From: Candidatus Eiseniibacteriota bacterium
GTDB lineage: Bacteria; Eisenbacteria; RBG-16-71-46
Assembly: GCA_033853925.1 (NCBI GenBank)
Contig: JAWOLC010000011.1
Span: 978 to 64,977 of the forward strand
Direction of reading: 5' to 3'
Length of the DNA: 64,000 nucleotides
Shown in pieces: positions 31,601 through 40,542 of the stretch (position 1 is its first letter; each line of letters starts with the position of its first letter). The notes below the pieces were generated by a model. That model did no database searches and was not told the origin of the DNA. It saw only the letters and a list, made by a program, of their open reading frames with translations. Position numbers and translations under genes: made by a program.

Positions 31601-32258
31601 GCGGAACCCGGCGAAGTTCCAGCTCTGGGCCCACACGGACACGGGCGACGTGCGTCTCAAGTTCCGCTTCAACGACCTGCCCTCGGGCAGGGGAGACGGC
31701 ACGCTCGACTCGCTGGGCGAGTGGATCGAGGTCATCGCCCCCGGCCCGCCGGTGCGCGTGGACTCGCTCGTGGCCTGGCGCATCCAGGTGGATCCGAGCG
31801 GGCCGCACGGCCGCCCCGACGTGGTCCCGCCCGGTGCCGGCGACGTCTACGACCTGGTCGTGGTCCGCCCCCTGAACCCCTCGGACCGCTTCCTCTTCAG
31901 CAGCGGCGGCGAGCGCGTCGACGCCGCGAAGGCCGCGACGGACTACGCCAGCAAGCCCTACGTGGTGCCCAATCCGTACGTGGGCGCCGCCGCCTTCGAG
32001 CCCGAGCGCTTCGCCGTCTCGGGGCGCGGCGACCGGCGCATGGAATTCCGCAACCTGCCGCAGAACGCCACGGTGCGCATCTACACCGTGCGCGGCGACC
32101 TCGTGCGCACCCTGCGCCAGGACGGCTCGCTGAACGGCTACGTGGCCTGGGACCTGCGCACCAAGGACAACCTGGACGTGGCTCCGGGCCTCTACATCTT
32201 CCACGTCGAAGCTCCCGGCGCGAACGGCTACGTCGGGAAGTTCGCGATCATCAAATGA
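28665..32258 (+). CDS. Large (1197 aa) secreted protein of unknown function with FN3-like region and C-terminal FlgD-Ig-like / T9SS-type sorting domain
   Basis: GTG start 11 nt after the upstream stop. Signal peptide. Asp-rich putative Ca-binding stretch GIDNDNDGITDESRDGG. C-terminus VVPNPYVGAAAFEP...VRIYTVRGDLVRTL...GYVAWDLRTKDNLDVAPGLYIFHVEA...KFAIIK. Confidence 0.8.
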   Translation: MRERGASSARRSPGDPRWLVLLLAGLGLGAAAAASADCPTLAPPGDQSRCADPGGRTRFTLSGTGAEQCAWVLLPGQSSGVYRVALGSPTGCEVGVDVFSDGPCTVAVQWTGRAGSDSACVLRDTVYLAVVPGPGPRGTIDAERSGFLDANRIRTVFWNYGMVGDYPQDPANVDLSVFHSVEVPKGSGMNYTDGITPFVMARIAQAAGDTAIIMETGFRERQGISPLHNRVMRFEPRPGFFQADPLINRGRSPAISNDPRTWPSAWPDKKYDPDDAGWPGSWDGYFGKRAAADEESFTVMDDDFYDAWDYAPDACDPDRRGLGLKVEVRGFQWANPQAGNVVFWHYDITNESTTDYDDNIIFGLYMDSGVGGSALSCDGIYESDDDNAYFDRSSGLNLVYTWDTYGHGVDLAGNCSPTGYLGYAYMETPGNPYDGIDNDNDGITDESRDGGPGQLIVGQTAIREYAAAHYDLAKFEAFYGPLENRPAYRAGRWWTGDEDMDWTAEFDDVGADGVPNTFDTGEGDGIPTDGEPHFDRTDKDESDQIGLTGFKMNRIKAGVGNPNPATDDILFYTDAHHWPERLWQHFTDPNPAARFDSAVAANYNIGFLFASGPFKLPPGKRERFSLALAYGQDLAELRETVHTVQLIYNANYQFAVPPTLPTASAEAGDGYVRLSWDDAAERSLDPVTNTFDFEGYRIYRATDPEFRDPQIVPTGSTQLWLPNGKPIAQFDLADGRKGYSRKVINGIGYYLGTDSGIRHTWTDTTVTNGQEYYYAVCAYDYGYDPGADSLAIYPSENSITVSRTPRGGLILPRNVVQVRPNPRVPGYVPGSSSGVTKVAGNGTGAVGIRVVNSGLVPDGHLFTVGFVTTSPDSIHATSYVLRDSTSRRTLFSTGSDFDSLGTGPSGAGLLPLVRSVEQCSVDGRASGFRSGSGTNVTLSTYYANSAMPMNLKRLGYPDNLTIVFDSTFADTGLGWGPVRRNPAKFQLWAHTDTGDVRLKFRFNDLPSGRGDGTLDSLGEWIEVIAPGPPVRVDSLVAWRIQVDPSGPHGRPDVVPPGAGDVYDLVVVRPLNPSDRFLFSSGGERVDAAKAATDYASKPYVVPNPYVGAAAFEPERFAVSGRGDRRMEFRNLPQNATVRIYTVRGDLVRTLRQDGSLNGYVAWDLRTKDNLDVAPGLYIFHVEAPGANGYVGKFAIIK

Positions 32259-33283
32259 GCGCCCGCGCGAGCACGAGTCGGCGGATCCTGGCCGGGGTGG
32301 CGGCGCTGCTGCTGGCGGCCCTGCCGGCCTGGGGCCAGAGCAAGACGGGCACCACGATCGGCCAGTTCCTGCTGATCGAGCCCAGCGCGCGCATCGCCGG
32401 CATGGGGAACGCCGGGGTGGCGATCGCCGACGGCCTGGACGCGGTCTACTTCAACCCGGCGACGATCGGGCTGCTGCGGGGCTACAACGTGCAGTTCACG
32501 CACAGCGCCTGGCTGGCCGACATCCGCTTCGACTACGCGGCGGCCTCGATTCCCCTCGGCAAGTGGGGCAGCGCGGTGGCCAGCGTGACGGCCCTGAACT
32601 CCGGGGCCATGGACGTGCGCACGGTCTCGCAGCCCCTGGGCACGGGGGAGACGTTCTCCGTGTCCGACGTGGCCCTCGGGCTGGGGTACGGGCGGCAGAT
32701 CACCGACCGCTTCTCCACGGGCGCCCAGATCCAGTACGTGCAGGAGACGATCTGGCACAGCTCGCTGAGCACGGTCGTGCTCGACCTGGGCACGCTGTAC
32801 CGGATCTCGGACCGCGGGCTCAGGATCGGCGCGAGCCTGTCGCACCTGGGCACGCAGGGGCGCTTCGCGGGCCGGGATCTGAACGTCGTCTACGACAACG
32901 ACCCGAGCCGGTACGGCGACAACGGCACGCTGCCCGGCGACATGTTCACCAGCGACTTCTCGGTCCCGACGCTCTTCCGCGTGGGCCTCGGCCTGCCGTT
33001 CCAGTTCGGGCCGCGGGCGCGGCTGGACCTCGCGGCGGACGCCTTCCACCCGGCCGACAATTCCGAGGGCCTGAGCGCGGGGGCGGAGTTCCGCTACGCG
33101 CGCGTCCTCTCGCTGCGGGCCGGCTGGCAGGACGCGTTCCAGCAGGACACCGAGGTCGGCCTGACGCTGGGCGCCGGATTGCAGGGGAAGGTGGACGTGT
33201 ACGGATACCGGGTCGACTACGGTTGGGCGGATCACAGGCGGCTGGGCGGCACGCATCGCCTGACCATCCAGCTCGCGTTCTAG
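32255..33283 (+). CDS. PorV/PorQ-family (UPF0164-like) outer-membrane beta-barrel
   Basis: ATG overlaps the upstream stop (ATGA). Signal peptide. Hallmark N-terminal motif SARIAGMGNAGVAIADGLDAVYFNPA. Alternating beta-strand pattern to a C-terminal aromatic (QLAF). It is the last 343 codons of the listed 1502-aa artefact ORF. Confidence 0.75.
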   Translation: MSARASTSRRILAGVAALLLAALPAWGQSKTGTTIGQFLLIEPSARIAGMGNAGVAIADGLDAVYFNPATIGLLRGYNVQFTHSAWLADIRFDYAAASIPLGKWGSAVASVTALNSGAMDVRTVSQPLGTGETFSVSDVALGLGYGRQITDRFSTGAQIQYVQETIWHSSLSTVVLDLGTLYRISDRGLRIGASLSHLGTQGRFAGRDLNVVYDNDPSRYGDNGTLPGDMFTSDFSVPTLFRVGLGLPFQFGPRARLDLAADAFHPADNSEGLSAGAEFRYARVLSLRAGWQDAFQQDTEVGLTLGAGLQGKVDVYGYRVDYGWADHRRLGGTHRLTIQLAF

Positions 33284-33347
33284 GGCGGGAGATCGCGGCC
33301 CGCCCGCAAGACGAGACGGCCGAGGAAGGCCGACGGGAGAGGTGGAC

Positions 33348-34919
33348 ATGCGCAACTGCATCCTGGCGTTCCTCGTGCTCCTGGGCGGGGCCGCCGACGC
33401 GAGGGCTCAGAGCACGGCGGCCGTCCTGGACACGATCCAGCACGCCACCTTCGACTACTTCTGGTACGAGGCGAACGCCGCGAACGGCCTGATCAAGGAT
33501 CGCAGCACCGCCACCTCCCCGGCGAGCATCGCGGCGGTGGGCTTCGGGCTCTCGGCCATCTGCGTGGGCGTCGACCACGGCTGGATCACGCGCGAGGCGG
33601 GCCGCGACCGGGTCCTCACCACCCTCCGCACGTTCTGGTACGGCCCGCAGGGAAGCGGCGCCAGCGGCATCATCGGCTACAAGGGGCTCTTCTACCACTG
33701 GCTCGACATGAGCACCGCGACCCGCACCTGGAGCTGCGAGCTGTCCACGATCGACACGGCCCTGCTGATGGCCGGCATCCTGGACAGCAAGCAGTACTTC
33801 ACCGGCGGCGACGCGGCGGAGGACTCGATCCGGACCCTGGCGGACGCGATCTACCAGCGGGCGGACTGGGAGTTCATGCGCAACGGCGCCCAGGGGATCT
33901 ACATGGGCTGGAAGCCCGGCACGGGCTTCTCCGGCTACGGCCTCTGGCAGGGCTACAACGAGGCCATGATCCTCTACCTCCTGGCCCTCGGCTCGCCCAC
34001 GCATCCGGTGCCGGCGAGCACCTGGACGTACTGGATGAGCGGCTACCAGTGGACCACGCAGTACGGCCAGACCTACATCATCTTCCCGCCGCTCTTCGGC
34101 CACCAGTACTCGCACTGCTGGGTCGACTTCCGCACGAGCCAGGACGCCTTCATGCGCGTCAAGGGCATCACCTACTTCGAGAACTCGCGGCGGGCCACGC
34201 TGGCCCAGCGGGCCTACGCGGCGGCCAATCCCTACGGCTGGACCGGCTACAGCGACAGCCTCTGGGGGCTGACCGCCTCCGACATCAAGAACGGCTACAG
34301 CGCCCGCGGCGCGCCGCCGACGCAGAACGACGACGGCACCATCACGCCCAGCGCGCCGGGGGGCTCGATCGCCTTCGCCCCCGACGAGGTGATCCCGGTG
34401 CTGCGCAACCTGTACCTGAACTATCCCGCGGCCTGGGGCACCTACGGCTTCCGGGACGCCTTCAACCTGAGCCTCAATCCGGACTGGTACGATACGGACT
34501 TCCTCGGCATCGACGAGGGGCCGATCGTGCTGATGATCGAGAACTACCTGCACTCCTCGGTCTGGCTGCGCTTCAATCGGAACCCGGACGTCCAGCGCGG
34601 GCTCGAGCGGGCGGGCTTCACCGCCATTGCCGCGGTCGGTCCGGGCCCGGGGGCGGAGGCCGAGCTGGCCGCCTGGAGCGAGCCCAACCCGTTCACGGGC
34701 TCGGCCACCGTGCGCTTCCGCCTGCCCGCGGCGGGCCCCGTGCGTCTGGCCGTTTTCGATCTGGGCGGCCGGCGGGTCGCGACTCTGCTCGACGGGACGC
34801 GCCCTGCGGGCGAACATGCGGTGACCTGGCGGGCCGCGGGGGCGCCGAGCGGCGTGTACTTCGTCCGGCTCGAAGCGGGTGGCCGATCGGTGACGCGGCG
34901 TTGCGTGCGGCTCGAATGA
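33348..34919 (+). CDS. Secreted GH144-like (glucoamylase-like PF10091 domain; endo-beta-1,2-glucanase family) enzyme with C-terminal FlgD-Ig-like / T9SS-type sorting domain
   Basis: GGGAGAGG before ATG 33348. Signal peptide. Motifs FGHQYSHCWVDFR, FENSRRATLAQRAY, DFLGIDEGPIVLMIENY. C-terminal NPFTGSATVRFRLP...VRLAVFDLGGRRVATL...GVYFVRLEAGGRSVTRRCVRLE. Confidence 0.75.
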   Translation: MRNCILAFLVLLGGAADARAQSTAAVLDTIQHATFDYFWYEANAANGLIKDRSTATSPASIAAVGFGLSAICVGVDHGWITREAGRDRVLTTLRTFWYGPQGSGASGIIGYKGLFYHWLDMSTATRTWSCELSTIDTALLMAGILDSKQYFTGGDAAEDSIRTLADAIYQRADWEFMRNGAQGIYMGWKPGTGFSGYGLWQGYNEAMILYLLALGSPTHPVPASTWTYWMSGYQWTTQYGQTYIIFPPLFGHQYSHCWVDFRTSQDAFMRVKGITYFENSRRATLAQRAYAAANPYGWTGYSDSLWGLTASDIKNGYSARGAPPTQNDDGTITPSAPGGSIAFAPDEVIPVLRNLYLNYPAAWGTYGFRDAFNLSLNPDWYDTDFLGIDEGPIVLMIENYLHSSVWLRFNRNPDVQRGLERAGFTAIAAVGPGPGAEAELAAWSEPNPFTGSATVRFRLPAAGPVRLAVFDLGGRRVATLLDGTRPAGEHAVTWRAAGAPSGVYFVRLEAGGRSVTRRCVRLE

Positions 34920-34976
34920 GGGAGCCGGGCGGGGCAAGGCCCGCGGCGCGGCCGCGGCGCCTGGCGGAGGGATAGC

Positions 34977-36041
34977 ATGGCGACGATCCGAGACGTGGCG
35001 CGGGCGAGCAACGTGTCCATCGCCACGGTGTCGCGGGTGTTCAACCAGAGCCCGCTCGTGAGCGAGGACACGCGCCAGCGCGTGGTCGCCGCGGCGAGCC
35101 GCCTGGGCTACTGGCCCAACGGTATCGCCCGCAGCCTCATCACCAACCGCACGCACACCCTCGGGCTCCTCCTCCCGGACCTGCACGGGGAGTTCTTCTC
35201 GGAGGTCATCCACGGGGTCGACCTCAAGGCGCGGGAGAGAGGCTTCCACCTGCTCGTGTCCCGCTCCAGCTCGAGCGCCGAGGAGCTGACGGACGCGCTG
35301 CGCGCCATGCGCGGCCGGGTGGACGGCCTCATCGTCATGGCGCCGGACGTGGACGCTTCGCGGGCGCTGCGCAGCGCGGCGGGCAACGTCCCCATCGTGC
35401 TCCTGAACCCGGAGGTGGAGCTGCCGGGCTCCGACACCGTCGGGATCGACAACCTGCACGGGGCGGCGACGATCGTCCACCACCTGATCGACCTCGGCAA
35501 CCGCCGCATCGCCACGATCACGGGGCCGGGCCAGAACATCGACGCGCGCCAGCGGCTCGACGGCTATCGCGCGGCGCTGCGGGAGGCCGGCCTCGCGCCC
35601 GACCCCGACCTCGAGTTCCACGGGGACTTCACGGAGCGGTCGGGGTACGAGGCGGCCCGGGCGATTCTGCGTCAGCGCAGCGGCGCCACGGCGATCTTCG
35701 TGGCCAACGACCACATGGCCATCGGCGTGATCGGCGCGCTCCAGGAGGCGGGCATGCGGGTGCCCGACGACATCGCCGTCACGGGCTTCGACGACATCCC
35801 GATGGCGCGCTACCTGACGCCGCCGCTCACGACCATGCACGTGAACATGCTGCAGATCGGGGAGCGGGCGGTCGAGCTGCTGGTGGACCCGGAGCGGGTG
35901 GCCGGCCCTCCCGAGGGTCGGCACGAGGTGCTGCCCACGACGCTGGTCGTGCGGGAGTCGTGCGGGGCCCGCCGGCCGCGCCGCAGCGGGGGGGCGCCGG
36001 GCTGGGATCGCGGCGAGCCTCCCGCCGCGGTGCCGCGCTGA
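34977..36041 (+). CDS. LacI-family transcriptional regulator
   Basis: HTH MATIRDVARASNVSIATVSRVFN. Periplasmic-binding-protein-like sugar-binding core. Confidence 0.9.
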   Translation: MATIRDVARASNVSIATVSRVFNQSPLVSEDTRQRVVAAASRLGYWPNGIARSLITNRTHTLGLLLPDLHGEFFSEVIHGVDLKARERGFHLLVSRSSSSAEELTDALRAMRGRVDGLIVMAPDVDASRALRSAAGNVPIVLLNPEVELPGSDTVGIDNLHGAATIVHHLIDLGNRRIATITGPGQNIDARQRLDGYRAALREAGLAPDPDLEFHGDFTERSGYEAARAILRQRSGATAIFVANDHMAIGVIGALQEAGMRVPDDIAVTGFDDIPMARYLTPPLTTMHVNMLQIGERAVELLVDPERVAGPPEGRHEVLPTTLVVRESCGARRPRRSGGAPGWDRGEPPAAVPR

Positions 36042-36049
36042 AGCCGGCC

Positions 36050-37513
36050 GTGGCCCTCCGCTCGCGCACCCGTCCGGCCGCCGGCCGCCGCGTGGCGCTC
36101 GCGGCGCTCCTCGTCCTGGTCGCGGCCTTGGGCTGCCGCGACGGCTTCACGGCGCGCGGCCCGCGTGGCCCCGCCCCCTCCGGCGAGACCGCCTTCCTCG
36201 ACACGCTCGAGTTGCGCACCTTCCGCTGGTTCTGGGAGCTGAGCGATTCCCGCACGGGGCTGACGCCGGATCGCTGGCCGAGCAAGTCGTTCTCGAGCGT
36301 GGCGGCGGTGGGCTTCGCGCTCACGGCCTACCCGATCGGGGCGGAGCGCGGCTACGTGACCCGGGCGGCCGCCTGCGAGCGCACGCTGGCCACGCTCCGC
36401 TTCTTCTGGACCGCGCCCCAGGGCTCCGCGGCGCGGGGCTGCACCGGCTACCACGGCTTCTTCTACCACTTCCTCGAGCCCGTGAGCGGCCAGCGCTTCG
36501 AGCGCGTGGAGCTCTCCACGATGGACACCGCGCTCCTCCTCGCGGGGGCGCTCTTCTGCCAGTCCTACTTCGACCGCGCGGACCCGCGCGAGGCGGAGGT
36601 GCGCGCCCTGGCCGAGTCGCTCTACGCGCGCGCGGACTGGCGCTGGGCACTGGTGCGGCCGCCCATGATCGTGCACGGCTGGACCCCCGAGGAGGGCTTC
36701 CTGCCCTGGGACTGGCAGGGCATGAACGAGTCCATGCTGGTTCCCATCCTGGCGCTCGGCTCGCCCACGCACCCGGTCGAGCCCGCGGTCTGGTCCTACT
36801 GGATGGGGGGCTGCCGCTGGGGCTCGTTCCAGGGCGTGGAGCACTTCGGCTTCGCGCCGCTCTTCGGCCACCAGTTCACCCAGGTCTGGCTCGACCTGCG
36901 CGGGCTCAGGGACAGCACCCTGCGGGCGCGGGGGATCGACTGGTTCGAGAACTCTCGACGGGCCACCCTCGCCCAGCGGGCCTACTGTCTGGCCAACCCC
37001 GGCGGCTTCCGCGGCTACGGAGCCGATCTCTGGGGGCTCACCGCCTGCGACGGGCCGCTCAACGACACGGTGGCGGTGGCCGGGCGCAGGCTCCGCTTCG
37101 AGACCTACGCCGCGCGCGGGGCCGGCGTCCAGCGCGTCTCCGACGACGGCACGATCTCGCCGGCCGCGGCCGGCGGCTCGATCGCCTTCGCGCCCGAGCT
37201 GGTGATCCCCACGCTGCAGGCCATGCGCCGCACCTACGGCGAGAACCTGTTCTCGCGGTACGGCTTCGTGGACGCGCTCAATCCGACGCTGGACGTGGCG
37301 GTACCCGTGCAGCACGGGCGGGTGATCCCGGGCACCGGCTGGTTCGACACCGACTACCTGGGGATCGACCAGGGCCCGATCCTGGCCATGCTCGAGAACT
37401 GGCGCAGCGGGCTCGTGTGGCGGACCATGCGGAAGAACGCGCACGTCGTCCGCGGCCTCGTGGCCGCGGGGTTCACGGGCGGATGGCTGGACTCGCTCTC
37501 CCGGGCCCGCTGA
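36050..37513 (+). CDS. GH144-like (glucoamylase-like domain) lipoprotein, paralog of 33348..34919
   Basis: GTG start giving M-ALRSRTRPAAGRRVALAALLVLVAALGC (lipobox LGC). Same conserved blocks as the paralog (FGHQFTQVWLDLR, FENSRRATLAQRAY, DYLGIDQGPILAMLEN). Start is uncertain; the listed ATG 35960 overlaps the lacI gene. Confidence 0.7.
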   Translation: MALRSRTRPAAGRRVALAALLVLVAALGCRDGFTARGPRGPAPSGETAFLDTLELRTFRWFWELSDSRTGLTPDRWPSKSFSSVAAVGFALTAYPIGAERGYVTRAAACERTLATLRFFWTAPQGSAARGCTGYHGFFYHFLEPVSGQRFERVELSTMDTALLLAGALFCQSYFDRADPREAEVRALAESLYARADWRWALVRPPMIVHGWTPEEGFLPWDWQGMNESMLVPILALGSPTHPVEPAVWSYWMGGCRWGSFQGVEHFGFAPLFGHQFTQVWLDLRGLRDSTLRARGIDWFENSRRATLAQRAYCLANPGGFRGYGADLWGLTACDGPLNDTVAVAGRRLRFETYAARGAGVQRVSDDGTISPAAAGGSIAFAPELVIPTLQAMRRTYGENLFSRYGFVDALNPTLDVAVPVQHGRVIPGTGWFDTDYLGIDQGPILAMLENWRSGLVWRTMRKNAHVVRGLVAAGFTGGWLDSLSRAR

Positions 37514-38814
37514 CGAGCCGGGCCGCGCGGGCGCTCGCCGTGGCGGGCCTCGTGGCGCTCGCCGGCTGCCGCGGCGCCGGCGAGGCGCGGACGACCGTGC
37601 GCTTCTGGGCGATGGGGCGCGAGGGCGAGGTCGTCCAGGAGCTGGTCCGCGACTTCGAGCGCGAGAATCCCACGGTGCGCGTGATCGTCCAGCAGATGCC
37701 CTGGGACGCGGCGCACGAGAAGCTGCTCACCGCCTTCGTGGGACGCTCCACGCCCGACCTCGCCCAGCTCGGCAACACCTGGATCCCCGAGTTCGTCGCG
37801 CTGCGCGCCGTGGAGCCGCTCGGCCCCTGGCTCGCGGGCTCCCGGGCCGTGGCGGAGTCCTCGTACTTCGCCGGCATCTGGGACACCAACGTGGTGGACG
37901 GCGTGCCCTACGGCGTGCCCTGGTACGTGGACACCCGCGTGCTCTTCTACCGCCGCGACCTGCTCCGGCAGGCCGGCTGGGACTCGATCCCGGGCGGCTG
38001 GAGCGAGTGGCTGCGGGCCATGGAGGACGTGAAGCGCCTGGGCCGCGGCCGCTTCGCCATCTTCCTCCCCACGAACGAGTACACGCCCTGGATCGTGCTC
38101 GGCATGCAGGCGGGCTCGCCGCTCCTGCGCGACGGAGAGTCGCGCGGGGACTTCTCGGGACCCGAGTACCGGCGCGCCGCCGCCTTCTATCTCGAGGTGT
38201 TTCGCCGCGGGCTCGCCCCGAACGTGGCCGGGGCCACGATCGCCAACCGCTACCAGGAGTTCGAGCGCGGCACGTTCGCCATGTACATCAGCGGCCCGTG
38301 GGACGTGGGCGAGTTCGGGCGCCGGTTGTCTCCGGCCATGAAGGGGGCCTGGTTCATCGCCACGCTCCCCGGCCCCGACGGCCCGGCCAGCGGCGTCTCC
38401 TCCGCCGGCGGCTCGAGCCTCGTGCTCTTCCGCGACTCCCGCCACAAGCGCGAGGCGTGGCGCCTCGTGGAGTACCTCTCGCGGCCCGAGGTGCAGCTCC
38501 GCTTCCAGCGGCTGTGCGGGAACCTGCCCGCGCGGCTCGAGGCCTGGCGCGACTCGTCCCTGGCGAACGATCCCTTCGCCCGCGTGTTCGAGCGGCAGCT
38601 CCGGCGCGTGGTCTCGACGCCGAAGGTGCCCGAGTGGGAGAACATCTCGAAGAGCCTCCAGGACTGCGTCGAGTCCATGGTGCTCGGGCACGCGCCGCCC
38701 GATTCGGCGCTGGCGAGCCTGGATCGGCGGGTGGACCGCATCCTCGAGAAGCGGCGCTGGCTCCTGGAGCGGGAGCGGCGGCGCGTGGCGGGCGGGACGG
38801 CGGAGGCGCGATGA
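37480..38814 (+). CDS. ABC transporter sugar-binding lipoprotein (SBP family 1)
   Basis: Lipobox LVALAGC. Typical oligosaccharide-SBP sequence. The start overlaps the upstream gene by about 34 nt; an alternative GTG is at 37540. Confidence 0.8.
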   Translation, partial: RMAGLALPGPLTSRAARALAVAGLVALAGCRGAGEARTTVRFWAMGREGEVVQELVRDFERENPTVRVIVQQMPWDAAHEKLLTAFVGRSTPDLAQLGNTWIPEFVALRAVEPLGPWLAGSRAVAESSYFAGIWDTNVVDGVPYGVPWYVDTRVLFYRRDLLRQAGWDSIPGGWSEWLRAMEDVKRLGRGRFAIFLPTNEYTPWIVLGMQAGSPLLRDGESRGDFSGPEYRRAAAFYLEVFRRGLAPNVAGATIANRYQEFERGTFAMYISGPWDVGEFGRRLSPAMKGAWFIATLPGPDGPASGVSSAGGSSLVLFRDSRHKREAWRLVEYLSRPEVQLRFQRLCGNLPARLEAWRDSSLANDPFARVFERQLRRVVSTPKVPEWENISKSLQDCVESMVLGHAPPDSALASLDRRVDRILEKRRWLLERERRRVAGGTAEAR

Positions 38815-39704
38815 GGGGCGCGATCGAGCTGCGGCAGCATCGCGCGGGCTGGGCGTTCGTGGCGCCCGCGCTGGTCCTGATCGGCGTCTTCTTCTTCGTG
38901 CCGGTGCTGGCCGGACTCGTGCTCAGCTTCACCGACTTCGACATCTACGCCATCGGCCGGCCGAGCGTCGCGCGCTTCGTGGGCCTGCGCAACTACGCCG
39001 ACGTGCTGGCGAACCCGCTCTTCTGGAAGGCCCTGGGCAACACGCTCTACTTCGTGCTCCTGGGCGGACCGCTCTCGGTCGTGACCTCGCTGGTGGCGGC
39101 CCTGCTCGTCAGCTCGAAGCTCACCCGCCTGCAGGGGCTCTTCCGCTCCATCTTCTTCATGCCGGTCGTCACCACGCTCGTGGCCGTGGCGGTCGTGTGG
39201 CGCTACCTCTACCAACCCGAGTACGGGCTGGCGAACTGGGCCCTCCGGGCCTTCGGGATCCGCCCCGTGGACTGGCTGGGCGACCCGCACTGGGCCATGC
39301 TCGCCATCATCCTCATGGCCGTGTGGAAGAACTTCGGCTACAACATGCTCATCTTCGTGGCCGGGCTGCAGGGCATCCCCGAGGAGCTGTACGAGGCCGC
39401 CGAGCTGGACGGCGCCAGCCCCTGGGCGCGCTTCGTCCACATCACCCTGCCCAGCCTGGGGCCCACCTTCCTCTTCGTGGGCGTCATCACCATGCTCGGC
39501 AACTTCCAGCTCTTCGCCGAGCCCTACGTGATGACCCAGGGCGGCCCGCTCAAGGCCACGACCACGCTGGTGATGCTCATGTACGAGGAGGGCTTCCGCT
39601 GGTGGCGCATGGGAGCGGGGGCCGCCATCGCCTTCCTCCTCTTCGTCCTCATGATGGCGGGCACGCTCCTGCAGATGCGCCTGCAGCGGGAGACGCGCAG
39701 GTGA
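38811..39704 (+). CDS. ABC sugar transporter permease (MalF/UgpA-like)
   Basis: ATG overlaps the upstream stop (ATGA). EAA-type loop EAAELDGASPWARFVHITLP. Six TM segments. Confidence 0.85.
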   Translation: MRGAIELRQHRAGWAFVAPALVLIGVFFFVPVLAGLVLSFTDFDIYAIGRPSVARFVGLRNYADVLANPLFWKALGNTLYFVLLGGPLSVVTSLVAALLVSSKLTRLQGLFRSIFFMPVVTTLVAVAVVWRYLYQPEYGLANWALRAFGIRPVDWLGDPHWAMLAIILMAVWKNFGYNMLIFVAGLQGIPEELYEAAELDGASPWARFVHITLPSLGPTFLFVGVITMLGNFQLFAEPYVMTQGGPLKATTTLVMLMYEEGFRWWRMGAGAAIAFLLFVLMMAGTLLQMRLQRETRR

Positions 39705-40522
39705 GGCGCGCGCTGCCCTCCCTGCTGCTCCACGCCGTGCTCGTCGCGGGGGCGGCGCTGACCCTGGCGCCGCTGCTGTGGATGGTCTCGGCGTCGTTTA
39801 TGCCCACGGGCGAGGCGAACAGCTTCCCGCCCCGCCTGCTCCCCAGCGTCCCCACCGCGCGGCACTACGCCGAGCTCTTCACCCGGCTCGACCTGGGCCG
39901 GCACTTCGCGAACAGCGCGCTCGTCGCCGTGGCCTCGACCCTCGTCTCCCTGATCGTCAACTCGCTCGCCGGGTACGCCTTCGCCAAGCTGCGCTTCGCC
40001 GGCCGGGAGCGCACGTTCCGCGCGCTGCTCGCCGCTCTGGTCATCCCCGCCCAGGTCGGGATGCTCCCCCTCTTCCTGCTCCTCAAGGCCATGGGCCTCG
40101 TGAACACCTACGCCGGCGCGGTCGTTCCCTTCATGGCCGGGGTGTTCGGCATCTTCATGATCCGCCAGTACGCGCTGAGCATCCCCGACGACCTGCTCGA
40201 CGCCGCCCGCGTGGACGGAGCGGGGGAGCTGCGCATCTACTGGAGCGTCGTCCTGCCGGTGATCCGGCCCATCCTGGTCACCCTGGCCGTGTTCGTCTTT
40301 CTCAGCGCGTGGAACGACTTCATGTGGCCGCTCATCGTCCTCAGCGACCAGGCCAAGTACACGCTGCCGGTGGCGCTGGCGAACCTCTCGGGCGAGCACG
40401 TGCAGGACACGGAGCTGATGATGGCCGGCTCGGTCCTCACCGTGCTGCCCGTCGTCGTCCTCTTCATCGCTCTGCAGCGCGCCTACATGCGCGGCGTGAT
40501 GATGGGCAGCGTCAAGGGCTAG
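39701..40522 (+). CDS. ABC sugar transporter permease (MalG/UgpE-like)
   Basis: GTG overlaps the upstream stop (GTGA). EAA-type loop DAARVDGAGELRIYWSVVLP. Confidence 0.85.
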   Translation: MRRALPSLLLHAVLVAGAALTLAPLLWMVSASFMPTGEANSFPPRLLPSVPTARHYAELFTRLDLGRHFANSALVAVASTLVSLIVNSLAGYAFAKLRFAGRERTFRALLAALVIPAQVGMLPLFLLLKAMGLVNTYAGAVVPFMAGVFGIFMIRQYALSIPDDLLDAARVDGAGELRIYWSVVLPVIRPILVTLAVFVFLSAWNDFMWPLIVLSDQAKYTLPVALANLSGEHVQDTELMMAGSVLTVLPVVVLFIALQRAYMRGVMMGSVKG

Positions 40523-40542
40523 GCCGCCTCCGAGGATTCCCC

